Below, one piece after another: positions 50,001 to 58,960 of a stretch of 64,000 nucleotides of DNA. Numbering within the stretch: position 1 is the first letter of the stretch; each line of letters opens with the position of its first letter. Both the position numbers and the translations under genes were made by a program. Under the pieces are notes generated by a model, which saw nothing but the letters and a program-made list of their open reading frames with translations, did no database searches and was not told the origin of the DNA. Source of the stretch: Pontiella sp. (GTDB lineage: Bacteria > Verrucomicrobiota > Kiritimatiellia > Kiritimatiellales > Pontiellaceae). The DNA is taken from NCBI GenBank assembly GCA_050290185.1, contig JBNKHE010000006.1, forward strand, positions 160,001 through 224,000, read 5' to 3'.

Positions 50001-52367
50001 CGTGGCGGAGCGGTCGTTTGCTCCCACATAGCGCCAGTCCTTGTCGAATCCCTCGAGCTTGTAGGCGTAGCGGTTCTTGGTCGGGGCCGTGTAGTCCAAC
50101 GCCGCGAACCTTAAGCGGAATACATCCTGCTCATACCGAAGCACGATCCGATCAGCGACATCGATTGCTTTTTGGAGCGGGGACTTTTCACCGATGGAAA
50201 CGGGTTTGTTGAACAGTTGAAACTCGGTCAACGCCACCGGCGGCGGATTCGGGTTGATCCTCATTTTATCGGGATAAAAGGAGGCCAGCCCTTCGGTGCA
50301 CCCAAAGAACATCTGGCCATCGGGCGCCTTGGCGGCGGCTCCGATGAAGAATTTATTTCCCGGCAACCCGTCGGACTTGTCGTAGTTGCGGAACAGGCCC
50401 TGCTCGGGGTCAAAACAGGAGAGTCCCGCGGGCGTGCCCAACCATAACCAGCCATGATTGTCCCGCTGAATGGACTGCACGTTGTCCGAGGGTAACCCAT
50501 CCTTTTTCGTGTAGCGGCGCGTAAACCTGCCCGAAACCGGATCAAACCGGAATAGCCCGAACAGTGTGCCCACCCACATTTCCCCTGGACGGTCCCGGTC
50601 AATATAGACGGACAGCAATGAGCGGTTGACTTCGTCCTCGGGATGCTCTGGATCAATGAGGTAGGTCTTGAAACCCGGATCCTCGGGTCTAAACCGGGTT
50701 AGGCCGCCTTCCCCCGCAAGCCAGATAAATCCGTCGCGGTCCTTGGCGAAACCGTACGACTTGCTGGCAGGCACGGCTTGTGGATCCGCGGGGTCCGCCG
50801 TGTAATGGGTGAAGGTTTTGCCGTCGAAGCGGCCGATTCCATCCGCCCAATAAATAATCCACAAACCGCCCAGGTCATCCGTCTCCAAGGCCCAGATTTG
50901 GTCCGTTGCCGGACTGTTGGGATTGTTCGGATCGTGCGGATAGTGGGTAACGTTGTCTCCATGAATGCGAAATAGTCCCTGAGGAAAGGCCCCGGCCCAA
51001 ATTTGCCCTTGTTTATCCTCGGTAACTGCATGGGCATCAATCAGGATTGAGTGCTTGACCGGGGGACGGCAGTCATCGAGGTAATCGAGACCCGCCAGCG
51101 TGCCAATCCAGGCGCGGTTGTTCCGGTCAATATGAATGGCCTGCACCATGCTATGGCGCAGGCTGTTGGTGTTCTCGGGATTGTGGCAGTAGACCTTGAA
51201 CTTCTCCGGAACACTCGGAAGCCGCACCACACCATGCAAGTGGGAGGTGGCCCAGACGGCTCCCGTGTTGTCCTCACAGACCTGGTTGAGCGAGGCCGCA
51301 CAATAGCTTGTCGGATCGCCTTGGGCAGCAAGAAGCCGCGAGAAAACCCCGCGGCTGCGATCCATAAGATTCAACCCCCGCGGCGTGCAAACCCAGAAAC
51401 GCCCGGCCCGGTCCTCGAAAAGCGCCCAGACATAGTTATCACTAACACTGCCGGGGTCTTCTGGATCATGCCGATAGTGAACAAAGGTCTTCGTCTCCGG
51501 CACGAAACGGTTCAAGCCGCCCCCCATGCCGACCCACAGCACGCCCGCCTTGTCTCGGAGAAAGCACGTCACGTCTGAGCCACCAATACTCCCGGGGATG
51601 TTCGGATCATACCGATAGGCGGTGAATTCGCCGCTTTCCGGATCGAGCACACCGGCGCCCTGATCCACCGTTCCCACCCAGAGCAGCCCGCTTTGCGGGT
51701 CGGCAAAGACCGAACGGATGAAATCGCTGCTCAGGCTGCGGGGGTTCTCCGGGTCGTGCCGGTACCTCGTGAATTTACCCGTCTTGCGATCCAGTCGACA
51801 CACCCCCTTGTCGGTGCCCACCCAGATCGCGCCGGAGGCATCCTCGCATAGCGCGCTGACTAATATATCAGCAAGAGAGGTCTCGTCCCCCGGAACGGGG
51901 CGATAGCAGGTAAAGTCGTCCGTATCGCGATTGTAACGGTTCAGGCCGGCGCCCGTGCCTATCCACAATGTTCCCTGACTATCGAGCAACAAGGTGGTGA
52001 CCCTGTTCAGGCTCAGGCTCCGTTCATTGTCCTCATCGTGCTGATAGACCTTGAACTCGTACCCATCATAGCGGTTCAAGCCGCCCCGTTCCGTACCGAA
52101 CCACATGAATCCCTGCTGGTCCTGCACGACGGAGCTCATGGCCGAGTCGGAGAGACCGTCCTCCACGGTCAGATGGGTGAAACGGAAGTGCGGTGATGCG
52201 GGAGCGGTTTGGGTGACTTCGATGGCGGTTGACGTTTCAAACACCCAGGCTGGTGCGGAATTGCTCCCCTCGCCCCCCGCGGACATGACGGTTCCCTGCC
52301 CGAGGACAAACAGGATAACGGCAGCCAAGGTGCCGCCGGATATCGTCATCTTCGACTGCTTCCTCAT
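47055..52367 (-). CDS. Beta-propeller/Y_Y_Y sensor histidine kinase with about five PAS domains (copy 3)
   Basis: Same sensor and kinase modules, with PAS/PAC units (each ending DIT) between the TM and the H-box. Confidence 0.93.
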   Translation of the reverse strand: [1770 protein letters not shown]

Positions 52368-52420
52368 GGGGTTGACTCCTTGTCCGATGCTCGCGGCAGC
52401 AAGAAATAAAACGTGGCGCC
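52364..52420 (-). pseudogene. 57-nt relic of a histidine kinase 3' end
   Basis: Translates GATFYFLLPRASDKESTP*, matching the copy-2 tail GATFYFTLQSASGKETPV*, with the same ATGA overlap. Confidence 0.7.
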
Positions 52421-52502
52421 AGGATGAGGGGATTTTCCCGCCCCTCTCTGTTTATGCTTCATCATTAATACCTATTTAGTCACGAATTCGACCGTCCTCG
52501 AA

Positions 52503-54767
52503 TCAGGAGCTTTCGTGAACCGGAAGGAAAATCTTGAATTCGGCCCCCTCTCCCTCCTTGCTTTCCACATCGATCCATCCCTTGTGCTGCTCCACAATCC
52601 CATAGATGATTGCCAGACCAAGTCCGGTTCCTTTTCCGACCGGCTTGGTTGTAAAAAAAGGCTCGAACAAATGTGCCAGTACTTCCTCATCCATCCCGCT
52701 TCCGGTATCCGCAACCGATATGCAGACAAAACGTCCGGAGCGCTCGGCGGGCACCGGGCTTGAGCTCTCGTACGGGATATCTACATTCAGGGTACGCATC
52801 GAGATCACGCCGCCTTCCGGCATGGCATCGCGCGCATTGACTACCAGGTTCATCACCACCTGCTCAATCTGACTGCGGTCGGCATCGACCTGCCGGAGCT
52901 CGCCTTCCGGATTGAACTCCAGCCGCACTTGTTCACTCAGCAGGCGTTCAAGCATTTTCATTTCCTCTGCAATGATCCCGTTCAAGTCGACCGGCACAAG
53001 CATGGAAGATTGCTTCCGGCTGAAGGTCAGCAGCTGCTGGGTCAGGTCGCTTGCCCGTCTGGCAGCCTGCTGGATCTCGTAAACGTCCGCGTGCAGTTCT
53101 TCCGTCGTCTTGGGGCCCAGGAGCAAAACCGAACTGAAACCGAAGATGGTTTGCAGGATGTTGTTGAGGTCATGGGCCACCCCTCCGGCCAGCCGCCCCA
53201 CGGCATCCATCTTCTGCGACTGGCGAACCATCTCTTCGAGTGCGATCTCTTTCGTGATGTCGCGCTGGACCGCAATATAGTTGACGACGTCACCGGAAGC
53301 ATCCCTCACGGCCGAAATGGTTGCATCCACGGTATAGATTGTCCCGTCCTTTTTCTTGTTGTAGAATCGACCGGACCACCAGCCGTCGTTTAGCAGGCCA
53401 TCCCATAGCTTGCGATAGAATTCCTCATCGTGGCGGTCGCTTTTCCACAAGCGCGGATTCTTGCCAAGCACCTCCTCCCGGGTGTAGCCGGACATGTGCT
53501 CAAACGACGGGTTTACGTATAGAATGTCGCTTGCCGGATCGGTGATAATCACCGCTTCCACAATCTGGCTGATTGCTGCTGACATCCGCAGAAGCTCAAC
53601 CTCTGCCTTCTTTCGTTCGGTGATATCGCGCGCAACACCCTGAGTTGCCACCGGCACGCCCGAGACGGGATCATATCTCACGCGGGTCAAGGCCTCCTGC
53701 CACCTGCGCGAACCGTCTTTGCAGACGACCTCGAAGGTATGTACTCCCCCCGACCGCCCTCCTGCCGTGGCCTGCTGCAATCGTTCGCTGAGAGCACCAT
53801 GGTATTCAGGAGCAACGATTTCCTTAAGATTCATACGGCAAATCTCTTCGGGACGATATCCGCATGCCTTTTCCACGGCGGCGCTGGCAAAGGTGTAGTT
53901 ACCATCCAGATCCAGCGTGAAGACCATATCTTCCATGGTATCCAGAATATATTGAAGCTCCTCCTTGGCTTCCTTCATGGCATCGGTGGCTTTCCTGCGC
54001 CGGGTGACGTCGCGCTCCACCCCCATGACGCCAAACACCTGTCCGTCCGCATCTCGCAGGGGGCTCTTGATTGCCTCGAAATAGCCCACATAACCGTCGG
54101 CGGAAAACGTTAACTGCTCCTCGGTTTTCCAGGGACCGCCTTTTTCAAGGGCAAGGAGGTCGGTTTCCCGAAAAAGGTCGGCTTGTGCCCGGTCCACGAT
54201 GTCGACATCGCTTTTCCCGATTAAATCCATTTCGGACATTCCGCAAAACCGTTCGAAAGCGCTGTTACACCCGAGGTAGTTTCCGTCAAGGTCCTTCATG
54301 TAGATCAGGTCGGGAACCGTGTTGAACAAGGTGAGCAGACGCCGTTGGCTTTTGTCCAGCTCCCGCTGAGCCTGTCGCCGGGCCTGTTGTTCTGCGTATT
54401 CCCTGAGCGCACGCTCAACCACGGGAACCAACCGGGACAATTTATTCTTAAGCACATAATCGGTGGCTCCCGACCGGAGGCTTTCTATCGCAGCATCCTC
54501 CCCCAGGGTTCCCGACACCAGAATGAACGGAATATCCGTATTCCTTTCCCGAACCAGTTTGAGGGCCTCCAGTCCGGTGAACCCCGGAAGAGCATAATCC
54601 GAAAGTATCAGGTCGTATCCGCCCGCATCAAGATGGGACAAGAAGGCGGCGCGGGTATCCACCCGCGTCCACTCGCACTGGATTCCGGCCGTTTCCAAGC
54701 GACTGATTTCGAGCTCGGCATCAAGGGGCGCGTCTTCCAGAATCAGAATTTGAAGCTTGGTCTCCAT
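52503..54767 (-). CDS. REC-PAS-PAS-PAS histidine kinase
   Basis: ILILED...LSDYALPGF...K receiver, three PAS units, AHDLNNIL, NLVVNARDAM and GKGTGLGL. Confidence 0.92.
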   Translation of the reverse strand: METKLQILILEDAPLDAELEISRLETAGIQCEWTRVDTRAAFLSHLDAGGYDLILSDYALPGFTGLEALKLVRERNTDIPFILVSGTLGEDAAIESLRSGATDYVLKNKLSRLVPVVERALREYAEQQARRQAQRELDKSQRRLLTLFNTVPDLIYMKDLDGNYLGCNSAFERFCGMSEMDLIGKSDVDIVDRAQADLFRETDLLALEKGGPWKTEEQLTFSADGYVGYFEAIKSPLRDADGQVFGVMGVERDVTRRRKATDAMKEAKEELQYILDTMEDMVFTLDLDGNYTFASAAVEKACGYRPEEICRMNLKEIVAPEYHGALSERLQQATAGGRSGGVHTFEVVCKDGSRRWQEALTRVRYDPVSGVPVATQGVARDITERKKAEVELLRMSAAISQIVEAVIITDPASDILYVNPSFEHMSGYTREEVLGKNPRLWKSDRHDEEFYRKLWDGLLNDGWWSGRFYNKKKDGTIYTVDATISAVRDASGDVVNYIAVQRDITKEIALEEMVRQSQKMDAVGRLAGGVAHDLNNILQTIFGFSSVLLLGPKTTEELHADVYEIQQAARRASDLTQQLLTFSRKQSSMLVPVDLNGIIAEEMKMLERLLSEQVRLEFNPEGELRQVDADRSQIEQVVMNLVVNARDAMPEGGVISMRTLNVDIPYESSSPVPAERSGRFVCISVADTGSGMDEEVLAHLFEPFFTTKPVGKGTGLGLAIIYGIVEQHKGWIDVESKEGEGAEFKIFLPVHESS

Positions 54768-54806
54768 TTTTTCTCCTTGTCCCTTTCCGCGCCATGCCGG
54801 AAATCC

Positions 54807-55244
54807 TCATCCGCGTGAAGGAACCTCGTTGGTCAACACCCAAAACAGGCCCAGTTGCTTGACCACGTCAATAAACGAACTGAAAATAACCGGCTTGGTC
54901 ACATAGGCGTTTGCGCAGAGGTCGTAGCTCTTGATCATGTCCTCCTCCTCGCGGGAGGAAGTCAGGACCACGATGGGAATACGCTTGAGCTCGGGATCCC
55001 CCTTGACTTGGCGCAACACCTCCAAACCATCTATCTTCGGCATTTTAAGATCGAGAAAGACCACCTCCGGGAGCTCTTCGGGCCGCTCGGCAAAGTTTCC
55101 GCGCCGGAAGAGATAGTCCAGCGCCTCCTCGCCGTCGTGCACGACCACAACCTCGTTGGCCAGGTTTTTCTCCTCCAGCGCCACAAGCATCAGCTCAACA
55201 TCCTGCCGGGAATCGTCCACCACGAGAATCTTTTTCGCCTTCAT
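54807..55244 (-). CDS. Single-domain response regulator (Rcp1-like)
   Basis: ILVVDDS, LDLKMPKIDG, LTSSREEED...Y...ANAYVTKP and terminal FW. Start behind GGAGAGGGAG. Confidence 0.92.
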   Translation of the reverse strand: MKAKKILVVDDSRQDVELMLVALEEKNLANEVVVVHDGEEALDYLFRRGNFAERPEELPEVVFLDLKMPKIDGLEVLRQVKGDPELKRIPIVVLTSSREEEDMIKSYDLCANAYVTKPVIFSSFIDVVKQLGLFWVLTNEVPSRG

Positions 55245-55334
55245 CTCCCTCTCCTTCCGGTTCAATCGAAACCCCCAATCGCTTGGCAAGTCCTTGTCCG
55301 TCCGGCGATCGCCAAGCCTCTCACCCCCGTTTCG

Positions 55335-55814
55335 CTACTCTATTTCAGACTCCAGCAATTCAACAATGTCATGGAAGACCTCGGCGTTCCGTGCATTCAT
55401 ATGGTACAGATTCCGATGCGCCTTGAGCAAAAGCGCCGAACCAGAGGTGGTTTTTTCCGTGATATCGTGCGGGACATCCTCAACCGCCTGTGGTTTCCCG
55501 GTAATGCTGAACACCTGATCGAACCCCATGCAATTCAGGATTTCGTTGACTTCCTTTTTGCACGAAAACAGTGGTGCGGGTTGCTTGAAGCGTTCCATGG
55601 AAAGCGACGCAATCCTCGCAAGCAGGCCAAGGTTGGTGCTGTCGAGATAGTCCGCCTCGGTGAGGTCCACGGCAATGCTGCGAACGTCGGAATCCGAAGC
55701 AATGCGCTCAATCAACCGGTCAAGCCCCTGGCTCATGGTATAACGCACCTGGCCCTGCATCTGGATGGTGTAGTGTCCGTCATGTTCCGCATACAGAATT
55801 CTACCCTCGCTCAT
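55335..55814 (-). CDS. STAS-domain anti-anti-sigma-type protein
   Basis: VDLTEADYLDSTNLG phosphoserine motif and MGFDQVF; translationally coupled to the phosphatase gene. Confidence 0.88.
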   Translation of the reverse strand: MSEGRILYAEHDGHYTIQMQGQVRYTMSQGLDRLIERIASDSDVRSIAVDLTEADYLDSTNLGLLARIASLSMERFKQPAPLFSCKKEVNEILNCMGFDQVFSITGKPQAVEDVPHDITEKTTSGSALLLKAHRNLYHMNARNAEVFHDIVELLESEIE

Positions 55815-56968
55815 GACAGCCCCCAGTCTCGTTCCACGGAGAGCACGGAAATATCGTCCGGAAGATCGTCGATTTCCCGGGCCCGCTCCAAGAAGGCCTG
55901 TACGGCCTCTTCCGAGCCCAGCGAAGCCAGGTATTGCATTTTTTTATCCAGCCCGTCCTGCTCAACCAGATCCAGTGCGCCATCCGAAAAAACCGTGAGC
56001 CGGAAGGAAGGCGGAAGCTCGATCCGGGCATTCTGGTATTCGGCAAAATCGAATAGGCCTACCGCCATGCTTTTCTCCTCAAGCAGCCGGGTGCCATCCG
56101 CAGTAGTGAGAACCGGATAGGGATAGTGGCCGCAACTGGAATAGATCAAGGTATTCTTGGTACGGTCCAGAACACCGAAAAACAGCGTCAAATGCTTATC
56201 GAGCCGCTCGCGTAGCAGTTCGGTGTTCAGCGTCTTCACCAATGCTGCCGGATCGAGCACGGTGTCATCCTTCTCGGAAACATAGTTGTCGCGGAACTTC
56301 ACCATGAAACTTTTGATCAGCACGGTAATCAGCGCGGAAGAAACCCCATGCCCGGCCACATCGGCGGAATAGAAGGCAACATGGTTGTCACCGATGCTGA
56401 AATAGTCCAGAAAATCGCCACTGAGGGTCATGGAAGGCAAGACGCTCTGCCGCATGGTGTAGGCGCCATATGGTTTTAACGGGGGCGGGAGCAGCCGGTT
56501 CTGGATCTTGCGCCCGGCCTCCTCGTCCTCATAAATTTCCTTCAGCTGGGACTCCAGCTTTTTCCGGAAGCGTTCGTTCTGTTTGATCAGCGTAGCGCGC
56601 TCCAGGTTCCTCTCCAAGGTATGGAAGAGGATCGAAGGTTCGTTGACCGGCTTGAGCAGGTAGTCCGAGGCCCCGAGACGGATCGCCTGAATGGCGTCGT
56701 CGATGCGCTCGGAACCGGAAACAACAATAACCGGCGTCGAGGTCTGCTTCTGCGAGATTTTGTCGAGCACCTCCAGGCCATCCATGCCCGGCATGCGCAA
56801 ATCGATCACGACGAGATCCGGATGATGCTCCCCAAACAACCGCAACCCCTCCGGCCCATCCGGAGCTTCGATCACCTCGTAATCCCCGTCATTGAGCAAG
56901 ACCTTCAGCAAATGCCTGTCATTTGCATCATCGTCGATGATCAGTACACGTTTTCTCTCTCCAACCAT
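55811..56968 (-). CDS. Response regulator fused to PP2C/SpoIIE phosphatase (Pseudomonas RssB-like)
   Basis: REC (IIDDD, DLRMP, LLKP) plus SGDF, ADVAGHG, FSDG and DDIS. Start is 56968 or 56986. Confidence 0.9.
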   Translation of the reverse strand: MVGERKRVLIIDDDANDRHLLKVLLNDGDYEVIEAPDGPEGLRLFGEHHPDLVVIDLRMPGMDGLEVLDKISQKQTSTPVIVVSGSERIDDAIQAIRLGASDYLLKPVNEPSILFHTLERNLERATLIKQNERFRKKLESQLKEIYEDEEAGRKIQNRLLPPPLKPYGAYTMRQSVLPSMTLSGDFLDYFSIGDNHVAFYSADVAGHGVSSALITVLIKSFMVKFRDNYVSEKDDTVLDPAALVKTLNTELLRERLDKHLTLFFGVLDRTKNTLIYSSCGHYPYPVLTTADGTRLLEEKSMAVGLFDFAEYQNARIELPPSFRLTVFSDGALDLVEQDGLDKKMQYLASLGSEEAVQAFLERAREIDDLPDDISVLSVERDWGLS

Positions 56969-56997
56969 GACTTCAGCACCCTTCATATAACGGTAAA

Positions 56998-57027
56998 AGT
57001 ATAATGTTGTCTATCAGGAGATGTCAA
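56998..57027 (-). promoter_or_regulatory. Sigma70-type promoter of the signalling block
   Basis: Minus strand TTGACA-N18-TATACT just upstream of the REC-PP2C gene. Confidence 0.6.
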
Positions 57028-57304
57028 TCATGCATGGTGAGCTCCACTGGGCAATAGCCATAAAGCTACGTTGATTTGCTCGCGCGGGTTTAGTTCAAAA
57101 ACCCGGTCTCTTGGATCAGGATTACCGTTCCATCTTCATTGACCATCTCGAAGGGGTTCCCCCTGTCCGGCTTCATCATTCGTACGGTCGTCGAATGATA
57201 CCGTTTATGGCCCTCTCACCACCATGAAACCTGATGGAACGTACGGTACAGACGCAACCTTCTCCGATCTCGAAAACTTGGCCGTGCTTCACGGTGTTGC
57301 CATA

Positions 57305-57334
57305 GAAAAAGCGCGGCTGTTTCCAGTCCGCGCT
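57305..57334 (-). terminator. Intrinsic terminator
   Basis: Minus strand AGCGCGG(A)CTG-GAAA-CAGCCGCGCT followed by TTTT. Confidence 0.75.
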
Positions 57335-57374
57335 ATCCACACACAGGCTTATACCTGCGACTGAATTGTAAAAG

Positions 57375-58088
57375 CTACTTTATCTTTTCTGGCTTGGCCG
57401 GTTTCTCGGGCTTGGCCGGCTTTTCCGGTTTCGCAGGCTTTTCTGGCTTGGCCGGCTTTTCCGGTTTCTCCGGTTTCGTGGGTTTTTCCAGCTTGTCTGG
57501 ACGCGATGAATGGATTGCGCTCATGACATCTCCGACCTTGAGATCGTAAGATTGATAGATCTGCCCCCAGCCCATCTTGGCAGCACGCATATCAAGAATG
57601 CCTTTGCCTGTTTCGGCATCGAACAGAGCCTTTACGATATCCTCGTAAGAGGCCCCTTCGGGGAGCGTAGCTTGCGCCAATCCCAAGGCCAGCACCACGC
57701 CACCATATCCCAATTTCCCGGTCGTGTTTTCGACAACGATCGTTTGGTCCACGAGCTCGGTCTTTTGGACCTGGGTTACGGTTCCATCTTCATTGACGAC
57801 ATCGATCATAACAGGATTCCCCTCTTCGTCGACGACAGGGGTTTCAACCTGGATCACATAGCTTAACGAATCGCCCATGCGCAATGAATCAACCAGTGTT
57901 TTGGTATTCTCGCCGGCAAAATCCGTGAATTTTGCCTCGATCTTGGCGGGGGCCTTTCCTTCGCTACCGCTGAGGATCGTTTGTTCCGCGTCCTGCTCCA
58001 TGGCGGCATCATCTGCATAAATGGCCGGAATAAGCATCGCGAGAGCGGCCACACCTGTCAGTACTCGTGTATATGCCTTCGTAATCAT
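57375..58088 (-). CDS. Secreted protein with C-terminal (KPE/KPA)n repeats
   Basis: Signal peptide; FAGEN..LVDSLR, LGYG.V.LAL and MGWGQI; strong AGGAGG RBS. Confidence 0.85.
   Translation of the reverse strand: MITKAYTRVLTGVAALAMLIPAIYADDAAMEQDAEQTILSGSEGKAPAKIEAKFTDFAGENTKTLVDSLRMGDSLSYVIQVETPVVDEEGNPVMIDVVNEDGTVTQVQKTELVDQTIVVENTTGKLGYGGVVLALGLAQATLPEGASYEDIVKALFDAETGKGILDMRAAKMGWGQIYQSYDLKVGDVMSAIHSSRPDKLEKPTKPEKPEKPAKPEKPAKPEKPAKPEKPAKPEKIK
57384..57486 (-). repeat. Coding tandem repeat KPTKPEKPE(KPAKPE)4
   Basis: Eleven KPx triplets with varied synonymous codons. Confidence 0.9.
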
Positions 58089-58101
58089 TACTACCTCCTG
58101 A

Positions 58102-58950
58102 TTAGGGTTTTAAGGTCAATTGAAGACCCCCTCCTATATCGGAGCTACCCCTGCTTAAACCGATATAAATATAGGGTGTTATGCTCAACAACCTGGTTGC
58201 TTTATAGTTCAAATAGGAAAAAATATCAAGCGGATCTTCCATGCCACCGATGGAGGCCTGCTGATAGTCCAGAGATGTCCCGATATGAATACTGCGCGAT
58301 TGTCGCCAATCGGCGCCGACCGAACAAGAGATGGAGTTATTTAAATCAACTCCTGGAGGATCGCCCCTCACTTTATAAGCCAAGGTCGCCATAGGGGTAA
58401 GCCGACCCAACGGATACATGTAATCGAACTGCAGCACTTCATCGAATTCCCCAGTGCCCAACCCCTTGTTTTCATCCGCCGTGGGTATTTTCAGCTTTCC
58501 AGTAACGTCGAGAAAGCCGAGTTCGTAAGGAAAGACATCAATCCCGTAGGTCATCGAGACCCATGTATCACCGATCCCGGATTCTCTTTGTGACACCCCC
58601 GCCACACCGCCATTAACCACCGTTCCGGGCCCATCGATGCTGATCCAGGAAACAGAAATCTGTCCGCTGTAACTGCCCTTTTCGTATCCCAGCCGGTATG
58701 GAACATACAGGATGGTGGTTTCTTCGTTATCGTTGTACTCACCGGAGCTGTAATCGAATCCGCTCGAATACTTAAACTGGCCATCTTCCGCGGCAACGGA
58801 TCCACAAAAAACGACCGGCAAAAGCAAAAACAGCAGCAGGCGAGAACGATAAAAACCGCTCCGGCTTTTTGACCAAAAAGAAACCACAAACCATGTGGTG
58901 GTTTTAAATATTGTTTTCACCAGGAAAAATATAGGCCGAATCAAGAACAT
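58102..58950 (-). CDS. Putative outer-membrane beta-barrel (MetA-pathway/transporter-like)
   Basis: Hydrophobic signal region ending AAE; GFDYSSGEY, SGIGDT, KLKIPTAD..KGLGTG; alternating terminal strand GGGLQLTL. Start uncertain. Confidence 0.72.
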   Translation of the reverse strand: MFLIRPIFFLVKTIFKTTTWFVVSFWSKSRSGFYRSRLLLFLLLPVVFCGSVAAEDGQFKYSSGFDYSSGEYNDNEETTILYVPYRLGYEKGSYSGQISVSWISIDGPGTVVNGGVAGVSQRESGIGDTWVSMTYGIDVFPYELGFLDVTGKLKIPTADENKGLGTGEFDEVLQFDYMYPLGRLTPMATLAYKVRGDPPGVDLNNSISCSVGADWRQSRSIHIGTSLDYQQASIGGMEDPLDIFSYLNYKATRLLSITPYIYIGLSRGSSDIGGGLQLTLKP

Positions 58951-58960
58951 AGTCCGCTCC

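Noticed and set aside
57384..57486. Short tandem repeats as possible CRISPR or phase-variation tract
   Set aside because: In-frame protein repeat with synonymous variation, no spacers and no cas genes.
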